This document shows, piece by piece, positions 7,355 through 16,355 of a stretch of 64,000 nucleotides of DNA. Location: positions 32-64,031 of the forward strand of contig CAZRJK010000008.1 of the NCBI GenBank assembly GCA_964600615.1, in the 5' to 3' direction. Each line of letters opens with the position of its first letter. The first letter of the stretch is position 1. A program made the translations under genes and the position numbers. The DNA is from an uncultured Muribaculaceae bacterium. GTDB taxonomy: Bacteria > Bacillota_I > Bacilli_A > RF39 > UBA660. The notes beneath the pieces were generated by a model. It made no database searches and was not told the DNA's origin. It saw only the letters and a list, made by a program, of their open reading frames with translations.

Positions 7355-8297
7355 ATTTTGTTAAGAAATTCATTACTAAATCTATTAGTATTTCTTTTTC
7401 TTTAGGATTAGATTGAGCTATTAATAAGGTTATTGCTACTAATGTATTATTATCAATTATTTGTTTATTATCTTTATATAGAATATTATAATAATTTAGA
7501 AAGTATATAAATAAAGTTGCTGCTATTCTTTTGTTACCATCTATAAAGACGTGGTTTTTAGTTATTAAATATAGAAAATTAGCTGCTTTTTCTTCTATAG
7601 TAGGGTATAAATCTTTGCTATCAAATGATTGATAGATAGTTTCTATTATTTCTTTTAATCCTTCATTTCTTTCTAGGGCAAATAATTTGCTTTGATTATT
7701 AAATTTTAATTTATTAATTATATTTAGACAATCTTCATATTTTATTTTGTTATCATTTTTTGTTCCTTTGGGATTAGTAATTATTTTGTGATCATAGTTA
7801 TCTAATAAATTTAGAGCATCTTTATAATTATTTATTACTTTAATTATATCTTGGGCTTCATTATTATTTAATTCGTTATCTATTCTTCCTGCTATATCTA
7901 TTAATTTAACTGTTTTTTCTAAATAATCTAATCTTTTTTGATTAATTGCATATCCTTTTAATAAGTAATCTTTTAGTACTTTGTTAGCCCATTTTCTAAA
8001 GACTATTCCATTTTTCGATTTAACACGGTAACCAATAGAAATAATCATATCTAAATTATAATATTCTATATTACGTTTTATCTCTCTTTTTCCTTCTTTT
8101 TGAACTGTTGCAAAAAATGCAACAGTTGAATTATCTAATTCTTCTTCTAATGCATTTTTAATATGTCTTGAGATTACTGATTTATCTCTATTAAATAGAT
8201 TACTCATTTGTTCTAATGATAACCATACTGTTTCATCTTTCATATTTACTTCTAATTTGATATTTTGATTTTCAAATAATATTATTTCATTTTTCAT
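7353..8297 (-). CDS. RhuM-like N-terminal domain fused to a Fic/Doc (death-on-curing) domain
   Basis: The N-terminal ~125 aa match the RhuM pattern (VWLSLEQMSNLF...YYNLDMIISIGYRVKS...FRKWANKVLKDYLLKGY). The C-terminus has the Fic/Doc motif HVFIDGNKRIAA. Confidence 0.8.
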   Translation of the reverse strand: MKNEIILFENQNIKLEVNMKDETVWLSLEQMSNLFNRDKSVISRHIKNALEEELDNSTVAFFATVQKEGKREIKRNIEYYNLDMIISIGYRVKSKNGIVFRKWANKVLKDYLLKGYAINQKRLDYLEKTVKLIDIAGRIDNELNNNEAQDIIKVINNYKDALNLLDNYDHKIITNPKGTKNDNKIKYEDCLNIINKLKFNNQSKLFALERNEGLKEIIETIYQSFDSKDLYPTIEEKAANFLYLITKNHVFIDGNKRIAATLFIYFLNYYNILYKDNKQIIDNNTLVAITLLIAQSNPKEKEILIDLVMNFLTK

Positions 8298-8516
8298 ATT
8301 TTTTTCTCCTTGTTATTAATTTATTATTTTACAATAGCTTGTCCTTAGATTTTAAGAAACCTATAATTAACTAATGTGTAATTAATATATATTATTTTGA
8401 CTCTTATTAATAAGTAGTTCTTTATTTTAGTAATTCATATTTACCTCCTTTAATATTATTATTCGACATTAATATAAGAAATCCTTTTTATTTTGGAAAA
8501 TATTTTTATTTTTTGC

Positions 8517-8568
8517 GAACAAATGTATTTATTAATTAATTTAGTGTTAATTAACTATACATTTGTTT
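8517..8568. promoter_or_regulatory. 11-bp perfect inverted repeat (possible operator) just upstream of a TATAAT (8578-8583) preceding the ABC transporter genes
   Basis: aacaaatgtat (8518-8528) / atacatttgtt (8557-8567), with internal ttaattaa palindromes between the arms. Confidence 0.35.
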
Positions 8569-8621
8569 TTATATGGTTATAATGATATTGATATTTAAAG
8601 CAATGCAACTTGGGAGGAAAT

Positions 8622-9512
8622 ATGTCTAAAGTTGTATTAGAATGTGAAAATTTATGTAAAAGATTTAAAGGTAAGGAATTGGTTAGTGATGTATCTTTTT
8701 CTTTAAGAGAGGGAGATATTATGGGATTTATTGGACCTAATGGTGCTGGGAAGACTAGTACTATTAAGCTTATATTAGGATTATATAGACTTAATTCTGG
8801 TAGTGTTAAGATATATGGTTATGATTTGTCTAAAGAGTATGTTAAGGCTATTAGGAATGTAGGTGCTATTATAGAGAATCCTGATATGTATATGTATTTA
8901 TCTGGTTATGAGAATTTAATGATTAGTGCTAAGTTATATAATATTAGTAAGGATAGAGTAGATGAAGTAGTTAGGTTAGTTAATTTAGAAAAGAGAATTC
9001 ATGATAAGGTAAGTAAGTATTCTCTTGGTATGAGGCAAAGATTAGGTATTGCTCAAGCAATACTTCATAATCCTAAAATACTTATTTTAGATGAACCTAC
9101 TAATGGGTTAGATCCTGAAGGTATTATAGAATTAAAGCTATTATTAAAGAATCTTGCTAGTAAGGGTATGGCTATTATGGTATCTAGTCATATATTAAGT
9201 GAATTAGAATCTTTTTGTAATATTGTTTGTATTATTAATAAAGGAAAAGTTATTAATTGTGGAGATATTAATAAATTAGTTAATATTTCTAATAATAGTT
9301 ATTTAATAGAGGTTAATAATACTTTAGTTGATTTAGATAATTATAGTGTTGTTGATGATAAGCATATTAGGGTTAATGTTAATGGTAAATATTTAAATAG
9401 AATAATTAAGAAGCTTATTAAGAATAATATTCATATTTATGAAATAAAAAAAGAAGTATTATCTTTAGAGGAGATATTTATGTCTTTGGTGGGAGGTAAT
9501 ACTATTGATTAG
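8622..9512 (+). CDS. ABC transporter ATP-binding protein (ABC-2/bacitracin-lantibiotic export type)
   Basis: Walker A GPNGAGKTS, signature YSLGMRQRL, Walker B ILILDEP. ATG 8622 lies behind SD gggagg (the ORF track starts at TTG 8610). Confidence 0.9.
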   Translation: MSKVVLECENLCKRFKGKELVSDVSFSLREGDIMGFIGPNGAGKTSTIKLILGLYRLNSGSVKIYGYDLSKEYVKAIRNVGAIIENPDMYMYLSGYENLMISAKLYNISKDRVDEVVRLVNLEKRIHDKVSKYSLGMRQRLGIAQAILHNPKILILDEPTNGLDPEGIIELKLLLKNLASKGMAIMVSSHILSELESFCNIVCIINKGKVINCGDINKLVNISNNSYLIEVNNTLVDLDNYSVVDDKHIRVNVNGKYLNRIIKKLIKNNIHIYEIKKEVLSLEEIFMSLVGGNTID

Positions 9513-10971
9513 GTTAATTTTAATTGAATTAAAGAAGATATTTATGCATAAGAGTATATATTTTATATATGGAATAATATTTGTTTTTTGTTTATTTAAT
9601 AATATATTTTTTAGTTTAGATTATGATAGTGATGGTAGATATAAGTATGAAGAAGGTATTGATATTAATAATACTATTAGTGATTTAAAGAAGGAGTTAA
9701 AGAAATATAATGTTAATAATAAAGATGATTTAAATATATATGTTACTACTAAAAGTAAGTTAGATATGTATAATGATATGGTTAAATATGATAAGAATTC
9801 ATGGCAGTATATTAAATATAATGATTATATGTATGATGTTATATATAATGTTAATTATTATACTTATATAGATAAAAATAGTGATAAATTAAGGGAAGAG
9901 AAGGATAAGTATAATAAGTATGTTAATTATTTTAAGGATAATAATTATAAGTATTTTATTGATAAAGAGAAGAAGGATATAGAAGATAAGATAAAAGAAA
10001 TAGAGAATAGTATTAACGATACTAAGGATAAGGAATTAATTAATAATCTAAATGAAGAATTAACTAATTATAAGAATAATTTATTAATTATTAATTATAG
10101 AATTAATGAAGATATTAATTATGGTAATAATTATTTAAATAGGGCTTTAATTAGTTATGGAGATAGTATTAATAAGAAATATAATTATGATAAGAAGAAG
10201 TTAAGTTATGATGAAAAGTTAGAATATAATAGAATTATTAATGATATATATGTTAATAAATATATTGTAGATAATAAGGTTAATATTAATAAAGAAAATA
10301 GTCTTTATAGTGGGCTTAAGAATATTAGTTTGGATTATGAATTATTTATAGTTATTATTATTCTTATGATATCTGTTATGATGGTAGGAGATGAGTTTAA
10401 TAAGGGGACAATTAAATTATTGTTAGTTAAGCCTTATAAGAGAAATACTATACTTGTTAGTAAGATATTTAGTGGTGTTGTTGTAATTATTATGACTTTA
10501 TTATTTCTGATTATATGTGAATTTATACTGGGAGGAATGATTAATTCTTTTGATAGTGTGAAGATGCCTGTAGTTATATATGATTTTAATATTGATAAGT
10601 TATTTACATATAATATATATAAATATATATTTATTAAGATATTAGTTAGGTTACCTATGTTTATATTTATATTGTTATTTAGTATTTTACTTAGTGTTAT
10701 TAATGGTAATAATATTTTTAGTTTTGCTGTAGGAATGATTATTTATTCGTTTTCTTCTGTTATTAATAATTTGATTATATATAATAATATTAAGATACTT
10801 AAATATGTATTTACTTTGAATTGGGATTTTAGTAATTATTTATTTGGGGGTATTAGTAATTTTAAGTATCTTTCTTTAAAAAGTTCTATCTTTATATATG
10901 TTATTTATGTTATAATAATATTAATTATGATGTTAATTAATTTTAATAAAAAAGATATAAAAAACATTTAG
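9505..10971 (+). CDS. ABC-2-type permease with a ~260-aa K/N/D/Y-rich loop between TM1 and the remaining TM helices
   Basis: Translationally coupled (8-nt overlap) to the ATPase. It has an N-terminal TM, a long low-complexity coiled region, then 5 or more hydrophobic helices. Confidence 0.75.
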   Translation: MIRLILIELKKIFMHKSIYFIYGIIFVFCLFNNIFFSLDYDSDGRYKYEEGIDINNTISDLKKELKKYNVNNKDDLNIYVTTKSKLDMYNDMVKYDKNSWQYIKYNDYMYDVIYNVNYYTYIDKNSDKLREEKDKYNKYVNYFKDNNYKYFIDKEKKDIEDKIKEIENSINDTKDKELINNLNEELTNYKNNLLIINYRINEDINYGNNYLNRALISYGDSINKKYNYDKKKLSYDEKLEYNRIINDIYVNKYIVDNKVNINKENSLYSGLKNISLDYELFIVIIILMISVMMVGDEFNKGTIKLLLVKPYKRNTILVSKIFSGVVVIIMTLLFLIICEFILGGMINSFDSVKMPVVIYDFNIDKLFTYNIYKYIFIKILVRLPMFIFILLFSILLSVINGNNIFSFAVGMIIYSFSSVINNLIIYNNIKILKYVFTLNWDFSNYLFGGISNFKYLSLKSSIFIYVIYVIIILIMMLINFNKKDIKNI

Positions 10972-10983
10972 AAGGGGTGTATT

Positions 10984-11610
10984 ATGTTAAATACTATTAG
11001 ACTTATGATTACAGGAGTACTTCCTGATGTTTGGCCTATTATAATTATTATTACTGTTATAGCGTGTTCACTTCGTATAGCGTATCTTGTTAATAATAAT
11101 AAGGATTTTTGTTTTTATAAAGAATTATTTATGTTAGTATTTATTCTTTATGTTATGTGTTTATTTGAGGTTGTTACGGTTCAAGATTATAATTATGGTT
11201 TATCTAATTTTATTCCCTTTCATGAGATATTTAGATATGAGATAGGGTCTAGATTATTTGTTAAGAATATTTTTGGTAATATATTACTATTTTTACCTTA
11301 TGGTTATTTTACTACTAGTTATGTTAATAATAAGAAGGTTTGGCCTACGATTTTACTTACAGTTATAATATCTATTACTATTGAAATAGTACAGTTAAAT
11401 ATTGGAAGAACTTTTGATATTGATGATGTTATTTTAAATACTTGTGGTGGTATGCTTGGCTTTTATTTATATAGGCTTATGGATACTATTAGTGATCATT
11501 TACCTAAGATATTTAAGACGGAAGGTTTTATTAATTTTTTTGTAGTAGTTGTATTAATAATTGTAATTATATTTTTATTTAATATTAATTTAGTAAATCT
11601 TATTCAATAG
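10984..11610 (+). CDS. VanZ-family membrane protein
   Basis: Multi-TM protein with the FGNILLFLPYGYF and DIDDVILNTCGG motifs characteristic of VanZ-like proteins. Confidence 0.7.
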   Translation: MLNTIRLMITGVLPDVWPIIIIITVIACSLRIAYLVNNNKDFCFYKELFMLVFILYVMCLFEVVTVQDYNYGLSNFIPFHEIFRYEIGSRLFVKNIFGNILLFLPYGYFTTSYVNNKKVWPTILLTVIISITIEIVQLNIGRTFDIDDVILNTCGGMLGFYLYRLMDTISDHLPKIFKTEGFINFFVVVVLIIVIIFLFNINLVNLIQ

Positions 11611-11622
11611 AAGGGAGTATAT

Positions 11623-12063
11623 ATGTTTGAAATAATTAATAATACTGATAATGAAATATCTGAGCTAGAATTTTTAGATGGTTATGTTAAATATGTGTGT
11701 AAGAAGTTAAAAATAGAAGAAGCTATATTTAATATTATTTTTGTTAGCAATGAAGAGATACATAGGATAAATAAGGAATATCGTGGTGTTGATAGGGAGA
11801 CTGATGTTATTAGTTTTGCTTTGGAGGATGGAGAGGATGTTAGTAAGAATCCTATTAGAGTATTAGGTGATATTTATATTGCTATAGATGTAGCTTATAA
11901 TCAGGCTTTAGAATATGGTCATTCTAGAAAGAGAGAAGTTTGTTTTTTGGTAACACATGGTATTTTACATTTACTTGGATATGATCATATGAATGAGGAT
12001 GATGAAAAAATAATGTTTGATAAACAAAAGGAGATATTAGAGGGATATGAAGTTTTTAGATAA
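11623..12063 (+). CDS. ybeY: rRNA maturation endoribonuclease YbeY
   Basis: HGILHLLGYDH zinc-binding motif; 146 aa. Confidence 0.92.
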   Translation: MFEIINNTDNEISELEFLDGYVKYVCKKLKIEEAIFNIIFVSNEEIHRINKEYRGVDRETDVISFALEDGEDVSKNPIRVLGDIYIAIDVAYNQALEYGHSRKREVCFLVTHGILHLLGYDHMNEDDEKIMFDKQKEILEGYEVFR

Positions 12064-12466
12064 GATATTTAGAAGAAGAAAGAATATATTTTTGGCTACA
12101 CAAGGTAAGTCAAAGTTTTCTGTTAGTGTAGGACATGCTCTTGCTGGTATTGATTATGCTATAGATCATGAGAGAAATGTTAAGATAGAGATATTATTTG
12201 GAATAATGGTATCTATTGCTGGTTTTTTATTTCATATTTCTATTTTTGAATGGTTAATTATATTACTTACTATTGCGATGGTTATTACTTTAGAATTTGT
12301 TAATACGGCAATAGAGAGAGTTGTGGATTTAGTTACTACTGATTATAAGGAATTAGCTAAAGCTGCTAAGGATGTAGCTGCTGGTGCTGTTCTTGTTATG
12401 AGTTTATTTTCAGTTATAATTGGTATTGTTATATTTTTGCCTAAGATATTGGCACTATTTATTTAG
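12047..12466 (+). CDS. dgkA: Diacylglycerol/undecaprenol kinase (DgkA family)
   Basis: Small 3-TM protein with the EFVNTAIERVVD motif. It overlaps the ybeY 3' end, as in the conserved phoH-ybeY-dgkA-cdd-era cluster. Confidence 0.85.
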   Translation: MKFLDKIFRRRKNIFLATQGKSKFSVSVGHALAGIDYAIDHERNVKIEILFGIMVSIAGFLFHISIFEWLIILLTIAMVITLEFVNTAIERVVDLVTTDYKELAKAAKDVAAGAVLVMSLFSVIIGIVIFLPKILALFI

Positions 12467-12474
12467 GAGGTATT

Positions 12475-12861
12475 ATGAAGGATAGATTGATTAAGTTATT
12501 AAATAATAGTTATGCACCTATTTCACATTTTAATGTTAGTTCTGTGGTAGTTCTTAAGGATGGTAATTCTTTTGAAGGTGTTAATGTGGAGGATGCATCT
12601 ACTAGGGCTGGTACTTGTGCGGAGAGGAATGCTTTGTTTGCTATGATAACTGCTGGATATAAAAAAGGCGATGTTAAGGAAATAAATTTAATGCTTTCTT
12701 CTGGTGAGTTTGGGACTCCTTGTTTTGTATGTAGGCAAATGATTAGTGAATTATGTGATAAAGATGTTATAATCAATTGTTATAATTCTATGGGTGAAGT
12801 TAAGAGTTTTACTGTTGAAGAATTATGCCCTTATCCTTTTTCAGAGGATGATTTAAAATGA
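12475..12861 (+). CDS. cdd: Cytidine deaminase
   Basis: CAERNA and PCFVCRQ zinc-ligand motifs; 128 aa. Confidence 0.9.
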   Translation: MKDRLIKLLNNSYAPISHFNVSSVVVLKDGNSFEGVNVEDASTRAGTCAERNALFAMITAGYKKGDVKEINLMLSSGEFGTPCFVCRQMISELCDKDVIINCYNSMGEVKSFTVEELCPYPFSEDDLK

Positions 12862-13748
12862 GAAGTGGTTTTGTTAGTATAATAGGTAGACCTAATGTTG
12901 GTAAGAGTACCTTACTTAATAGTATTATTGGTAAGAAGATAGCTATTACTTCTGAAACAGCACAGACTACTCGTAATATGATTCAGGGTATATATAATGA
13001 TAAGGATATGCAAATTGTATTTGTTGATACTCCTGGTATTCATAAACCTAAGCATAAATTAGGTACTATTTTAAATGAACAGGCATATTATTCTATCAAT
13101 GATGTTGATGTTATATTATTTTTAGTATCTGCTAATGAAAAGTTTGGTACTGGTGATAAGTTTATTTTAGATAAGTTGAAAGATATAGATAAACCTGTTA
13201 TATTGGTAATTAATAAGATAGATAAGATTAGGTATGAGGAATTACTTCCAATGATTGATAGTTATAAGGGATATTATCCTTTTAAGGAGATTGTTCCCAT
13301 ATCTGCTATTAATAATAAGAATATAGATGAACTTATTAAGTGTATTAGTAATTATTTAACTGATGATGTTAAATATTATGATGATGATACTGTTACTAAT
13401 GTTAGTGATTCTTTTATTATTTCAGAGTTAATTAGGGAGAAAGTATTATATTTAACGCATGAAGAGATACCTCATTCTGTTACTTGTGTTGTTGATTTAA
13501 TAGAAGAGGATAAAAATAATGTTAGTATTAGTGCTTCTTTAATTGTAGATAGAGAAAATCTTAAAAAGATACTTATTGGTAAGAATGGATCAATGATTAA
13601 GAAGATAGGTACTAATGCTAGGCATGATATTGAAGAATTATTAAATAAAAAAGTTTATTTGGATTTAAGGGTAAAGGTTATAGATAATTGGCGAGATAAA
13701 GAATCTTTTTTAAATAAGGAATTGGGTTTAAATAATTTTAATGAATAA
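12858..13748 (+). CDS. era: GTPase Era
   Basis: G1 GRPNVGKST, G3 DTPG, G4 NKID, and a C-terminal KH domain. Confidence 0.95.
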   Translation: MRSGFVSIIGRPNVGKSTLLNSIIGKKIAITSETAQTTRNMIQGIYNDKDMQIVFVDTPGIHKPKHKLGTILNEQAYYSINDVDVILFLVSANEKFGTGDKFILDKLKDIDKPVILVINKIDKIRYEELLPMIDSYKGYYPFKEIVPISAINNKNIDELIKCISNYLTDDVKYYDDDTVTNVSDSFIISELIREKVLYLTHEEIPHSVTCVVDLIEEDKNNVSISASLIVDRENLKKILIGKNGSMIKKIGTNARHDIEELLNKKVYLDLRVKVIDNWRDKESFLNKELGLNNFNE

Positions 13749-13786
13749 ATAGTTTAAATCTAGTACAATATTTTATTGGTGATGTT

Positions 13787-13903
13787 ATGAATAAGAAAGA
13801 TATATGGTTATTATTTAAGCATACTGGTAAGATAGAGTATTATTTAAAATATAAGGAATTAAAAGATAAAGATGATAAAAAAAATAGAAGGAATAGTAGT
13901 TAG
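13787..13903 (+). CDS. YqzL-like small protein (38 aa), not in the ORF track
   Basis: MNKKDIWLLFKHTGKIEYYLKYKEL resembles the YqzL family motif (W..F..TG.I..YL.YKE). It sits between era and recO as in Bacillus and overlaps the recO start by 32 nt. Confidence 0.55.
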   Translation: MNKKDIWLLFKHTGKIEYYLKYKELKDKDDKKNRRNSS

Positions 13904-14603
13904 TACTGTTGATTATAAAGAGAGTAGTAAGATTCTTAATGTTTTTACTAAAGATGAAGGTATAATTGGTGTAATGGCTAGAGGGTGTAAGAAATTAAAG
14001 AGCAAGATTTCTGCTACTTCTAGTGTTCTTACTTATGGTACTTTTCATTTGAATGTTAATAATAAAGGGATACCTAATTTAATAGAGGTTGACGTTATAG
14101 ATAATTTTAAGGTAATTAGAAAAGATTTTATTAAGACTAATTATGCTATATTTTTGTTAGAGCTTACTAGTCAGGTATATAAGAATGATAAAGACAATTC
14201 TATTTATGATTTACTTATTAATGGTTTAATTAAGATTAATAATGGATATGATGAGAATATAATTACTTCTATTATTGAATTAAAGCTACTTAATTATTTA
14301 GGTATAATGCCAATTGTTGATAGGTGTGTTAGTTGTGGTTCTTGTGATGATATTGTTACTATTTCTAGTTATAAGGGTGGATATCTTTGTAAGAATTGTG
14401 TTGGTAATGAGAATATTTTTAATATAAAGACTTTGAAGCTTATTAGGATGTTTTATTATGTTGATATTAGTAAGATTAGTAAGTTAGATGTTAGTGATAA
14501 TATTAAGAGAGAAATAAATTTGTTTATAGATGATTATTATGATAGATATTCTGGTTTATATTTAAAGAGTAAGGATATGCTATATAATATTTCTGATAAT
14601 TAA
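13872..14603 (+). CDS. recO: DNA repair protein RecO
   Basis: N-terminal OB-fold pattern (IEGIVVSTVDYKESSKIL), CVSCGS...CKNC zinc motif, and synteny after era. Confidence 0.9.
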   Translation: MIKKIEGIVVSTVDYKESSKILNVFTKDEGIIGVMARGCKKLKSKISATSSVLTYGTFHLNVNNKGIPNLIEVDVIDNFKVIRKDFIKTNYAIFLLELTSQVYKNDKDNSIYDLLINGLIKINNGYDENIITSIIELKLLNYLGIMPIVDRCVSCGSCDDIVTISSYKGGYLCKNCVGNENIFNIKTLKLIRMFYYVDISKISKLDVSDNIKREINLFIDDYYDRYSGLYLKSKDMLYNISDN

Positions 14604-14604
14604 A

Positions 14605-14628
14605 ATAACCTTACTTATGTAAGGTTAT
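14605..14628. terminator. Bidirectional terminator after recO
   Basis: Perfect 10-bp stem ataaccttac / gtaaggttat with loop ttat. Confidence 0.75.
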
Positions 14629-14629
14629 A

Positions 14630-14833
14630 TTAGCAAAATAAGACAAAGAATATTAAACCTATAAATAATAGATATTCTATTAGTAATATCATTATGTTGT
14701 AGAAACATGGTATAAAGAGACTTATTATTAATTGATATAAAATAATTATAGGTATTACTATTGTAAAGGCGATAGCTGCTATTAGTTTTAAGCCAAAGTA
14801 ATTTCTTAAGAAGCGATAGAAATTATTACCCAT
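14630..14833 (-). CDS. Small hypothetical membrane protein (67 aa, 2 TM)
   Basis: SD aggtga lies 5 nt before the ATG on the minus strand. It has two clear hydrophobic helices and lies in an otherwise empty gap. Confidence 0.5.
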   Translation of the reverse strand: MGNNFYRFLRNYFGLKLIAAIAFTIVIPIIILYQLIISLFIPCFYNIMILLIEYLLFIGLIFFVLFC

Positions 14834-14947
14834 AAAATCACCTATAATAGTTTATGTTTTTGATAATTATTTGTTAATTATTAAAATGTTCTTTTAATTT
14901 TATTTTTTTTAGTTTATAATATTATTTAGTAGTGAAAAGGTGATAAA

Positions 14948-15796
14948 ATGAACAAGAAAAAGAAAAAAATTGAATTTAAATATGTTGTTTTAATCGGAGT
15001 TATTTCAGCTTTTGTTTTAATTATATTTTTGGCTTATACTTTAAAAACTGAAAAGAAATTAAATACTTTTGAATTAATTGTTAAGGATTCGTTTGTAGAG
15101 ATACAAAAGGTAGTTTATACTCCTTTTAATGGGTTAGGAAATTTAATTGGTGATTATACTAAGTTAAAGAATGTTTTAAAGGAAAATAAGATACTTAAAG
15201 CTAATGTTGATAAATATGAGTTGATTGAAGCTGAAAATGCAGAATTAAAGCAAGAGATAAATAGATTAAAGGGAGAATTAAATATTGAGCATGTTCTTAG
15301 TGATTATGATTATTTGAATGCTACTGTTATTAGTAGAAATGCTACTTCTTGGTATAATGTTTTAACTATTGATAAGGGTAGTAATAATGGTATTACTGAG
15401 GGTATGGTTGTTATTAATTCTAGTGGTGTTATTGGTAAAACTACTAATGTTTCTACTTTTTCTTGTGATGTTAGGTTAATTACTACTACAGATACAAATA
15501 ATAAAATATCTGTTACTATTATTAGTGATGGTAAGAAACTTACGGGTGTTATTGATAAATATGATTATGATAGTGGTTATTTAGAGGTTGAAGGGATTAG
15601 TAATACTGATAAGGTTAATGTTGGTGATATGGTTTATACTTCTGGTTTAGGTGGAGTATTTCCTAGTGGCGTTCTTATTGGTAAGGTTAGTGAGATAACT
15701 ACTGATGTTTATGATTTGGCAAAGATTATTAATGTTACGCCTTCAGCTTCTTTTGAGGATATAAATTATGTAACGGTGTTAAAAAGGAAGGGATAA
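14948..15796 (+). CDS. mreC: Rod shape-determining protein MreC
   Basis: N-terminal TM, coiled coil (ENAELKQEINRLKGEL), and C-terminal beta domains with the GLGGVFPSGVLIGKV motif. Confidence 0.9.
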   Translation: MNKKKKKIEFKYVVLIGVISAFVLIIFLAYTLKTEKKLNTFELIVKDSFVEIQKVVYTPFNGLGNLIGDYTKLKNVLKENKILKANVDKYELIEAENAELKQEINRLKGELNIEHVLSDYDYLNATVISRNATSWYNVLTIDKGSNNGITEGMVVINSSGVIGKTTNVSTFSCDVRLITTTDTNNKISVTIISDGKKLTGVIDKYDYDSGYLEVEGISNTDKVNVGDMVYTSGLGGVFPSGVLIGKVSEITTDVYDLAKIINVTPSASFEDINYVTVLKRKG

Positions 15797-15798
15797 AT

Positions 15799-16308
15799 AT
15801 GATAGTTGTTAGTATAGTTAGTTTATTTCTTTCTTTTTTGTTACAAGGTTTAGTTTCTAATTTTTTGCCTTATACTATTAATAATTTATCTATTTTTAGT
15901 ACTGTTTTTGTATTAGTTAATTTGGTTATATTACAGGAATATTACGAAAATCATAAGAAATTTATATTATTAATTATAATATTTGGATTACTTATGGATA
16001 TTGTTTATAATGGTACAATGTTATTGTCTGTATTTATATTTTTGGTTATATTCTATGTAAATAAGGGTTTAAAGTTTTTACTTCCTTATAATATATTTAC
16101 GGTTAATTTATTTGCTTTTATATCAGTAATTATTTATCATGTTATGACTTTTTTGTTTTTAATTATACTTGGGTTTGATACTTATTCTGTTATTGTATTG
16201 TTAAAGATTATTGGTTGTAATATTTTAATGACGGTTATTTATGCTAGTTTGTTATATTTTGTTATTAGTAAAATTGTTAAGAAATTCGAATTAAGAGTTG
16301 TTAGATAA
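15799..16308 (+). CDS. mreD: Rod shape-determining protein MreD
   Basis: Polytopic 169-aa membrane protein immediately after mreC. Confidence 0.8.
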   Translation: MIVVSIVSLFLSFLLQGLVSNFLPYTINNLSIFSTVFVLVNLVILQEYYENHKKFILLIIIFGLLMDIVYNGTMLLSVFIFLVIFYVNKGLKFLLPYNIFTVNLFAFISVIIYHVMTFLFLIILGFDTYSVIVLLKIIGCNILMTVIYASLLYFVISKIVKKFELRVVR

Positions 16309-16355
16309 CTTTACTAATACTTTTATTTTTGGTATAATTTTTTTCGAGGTGTATT

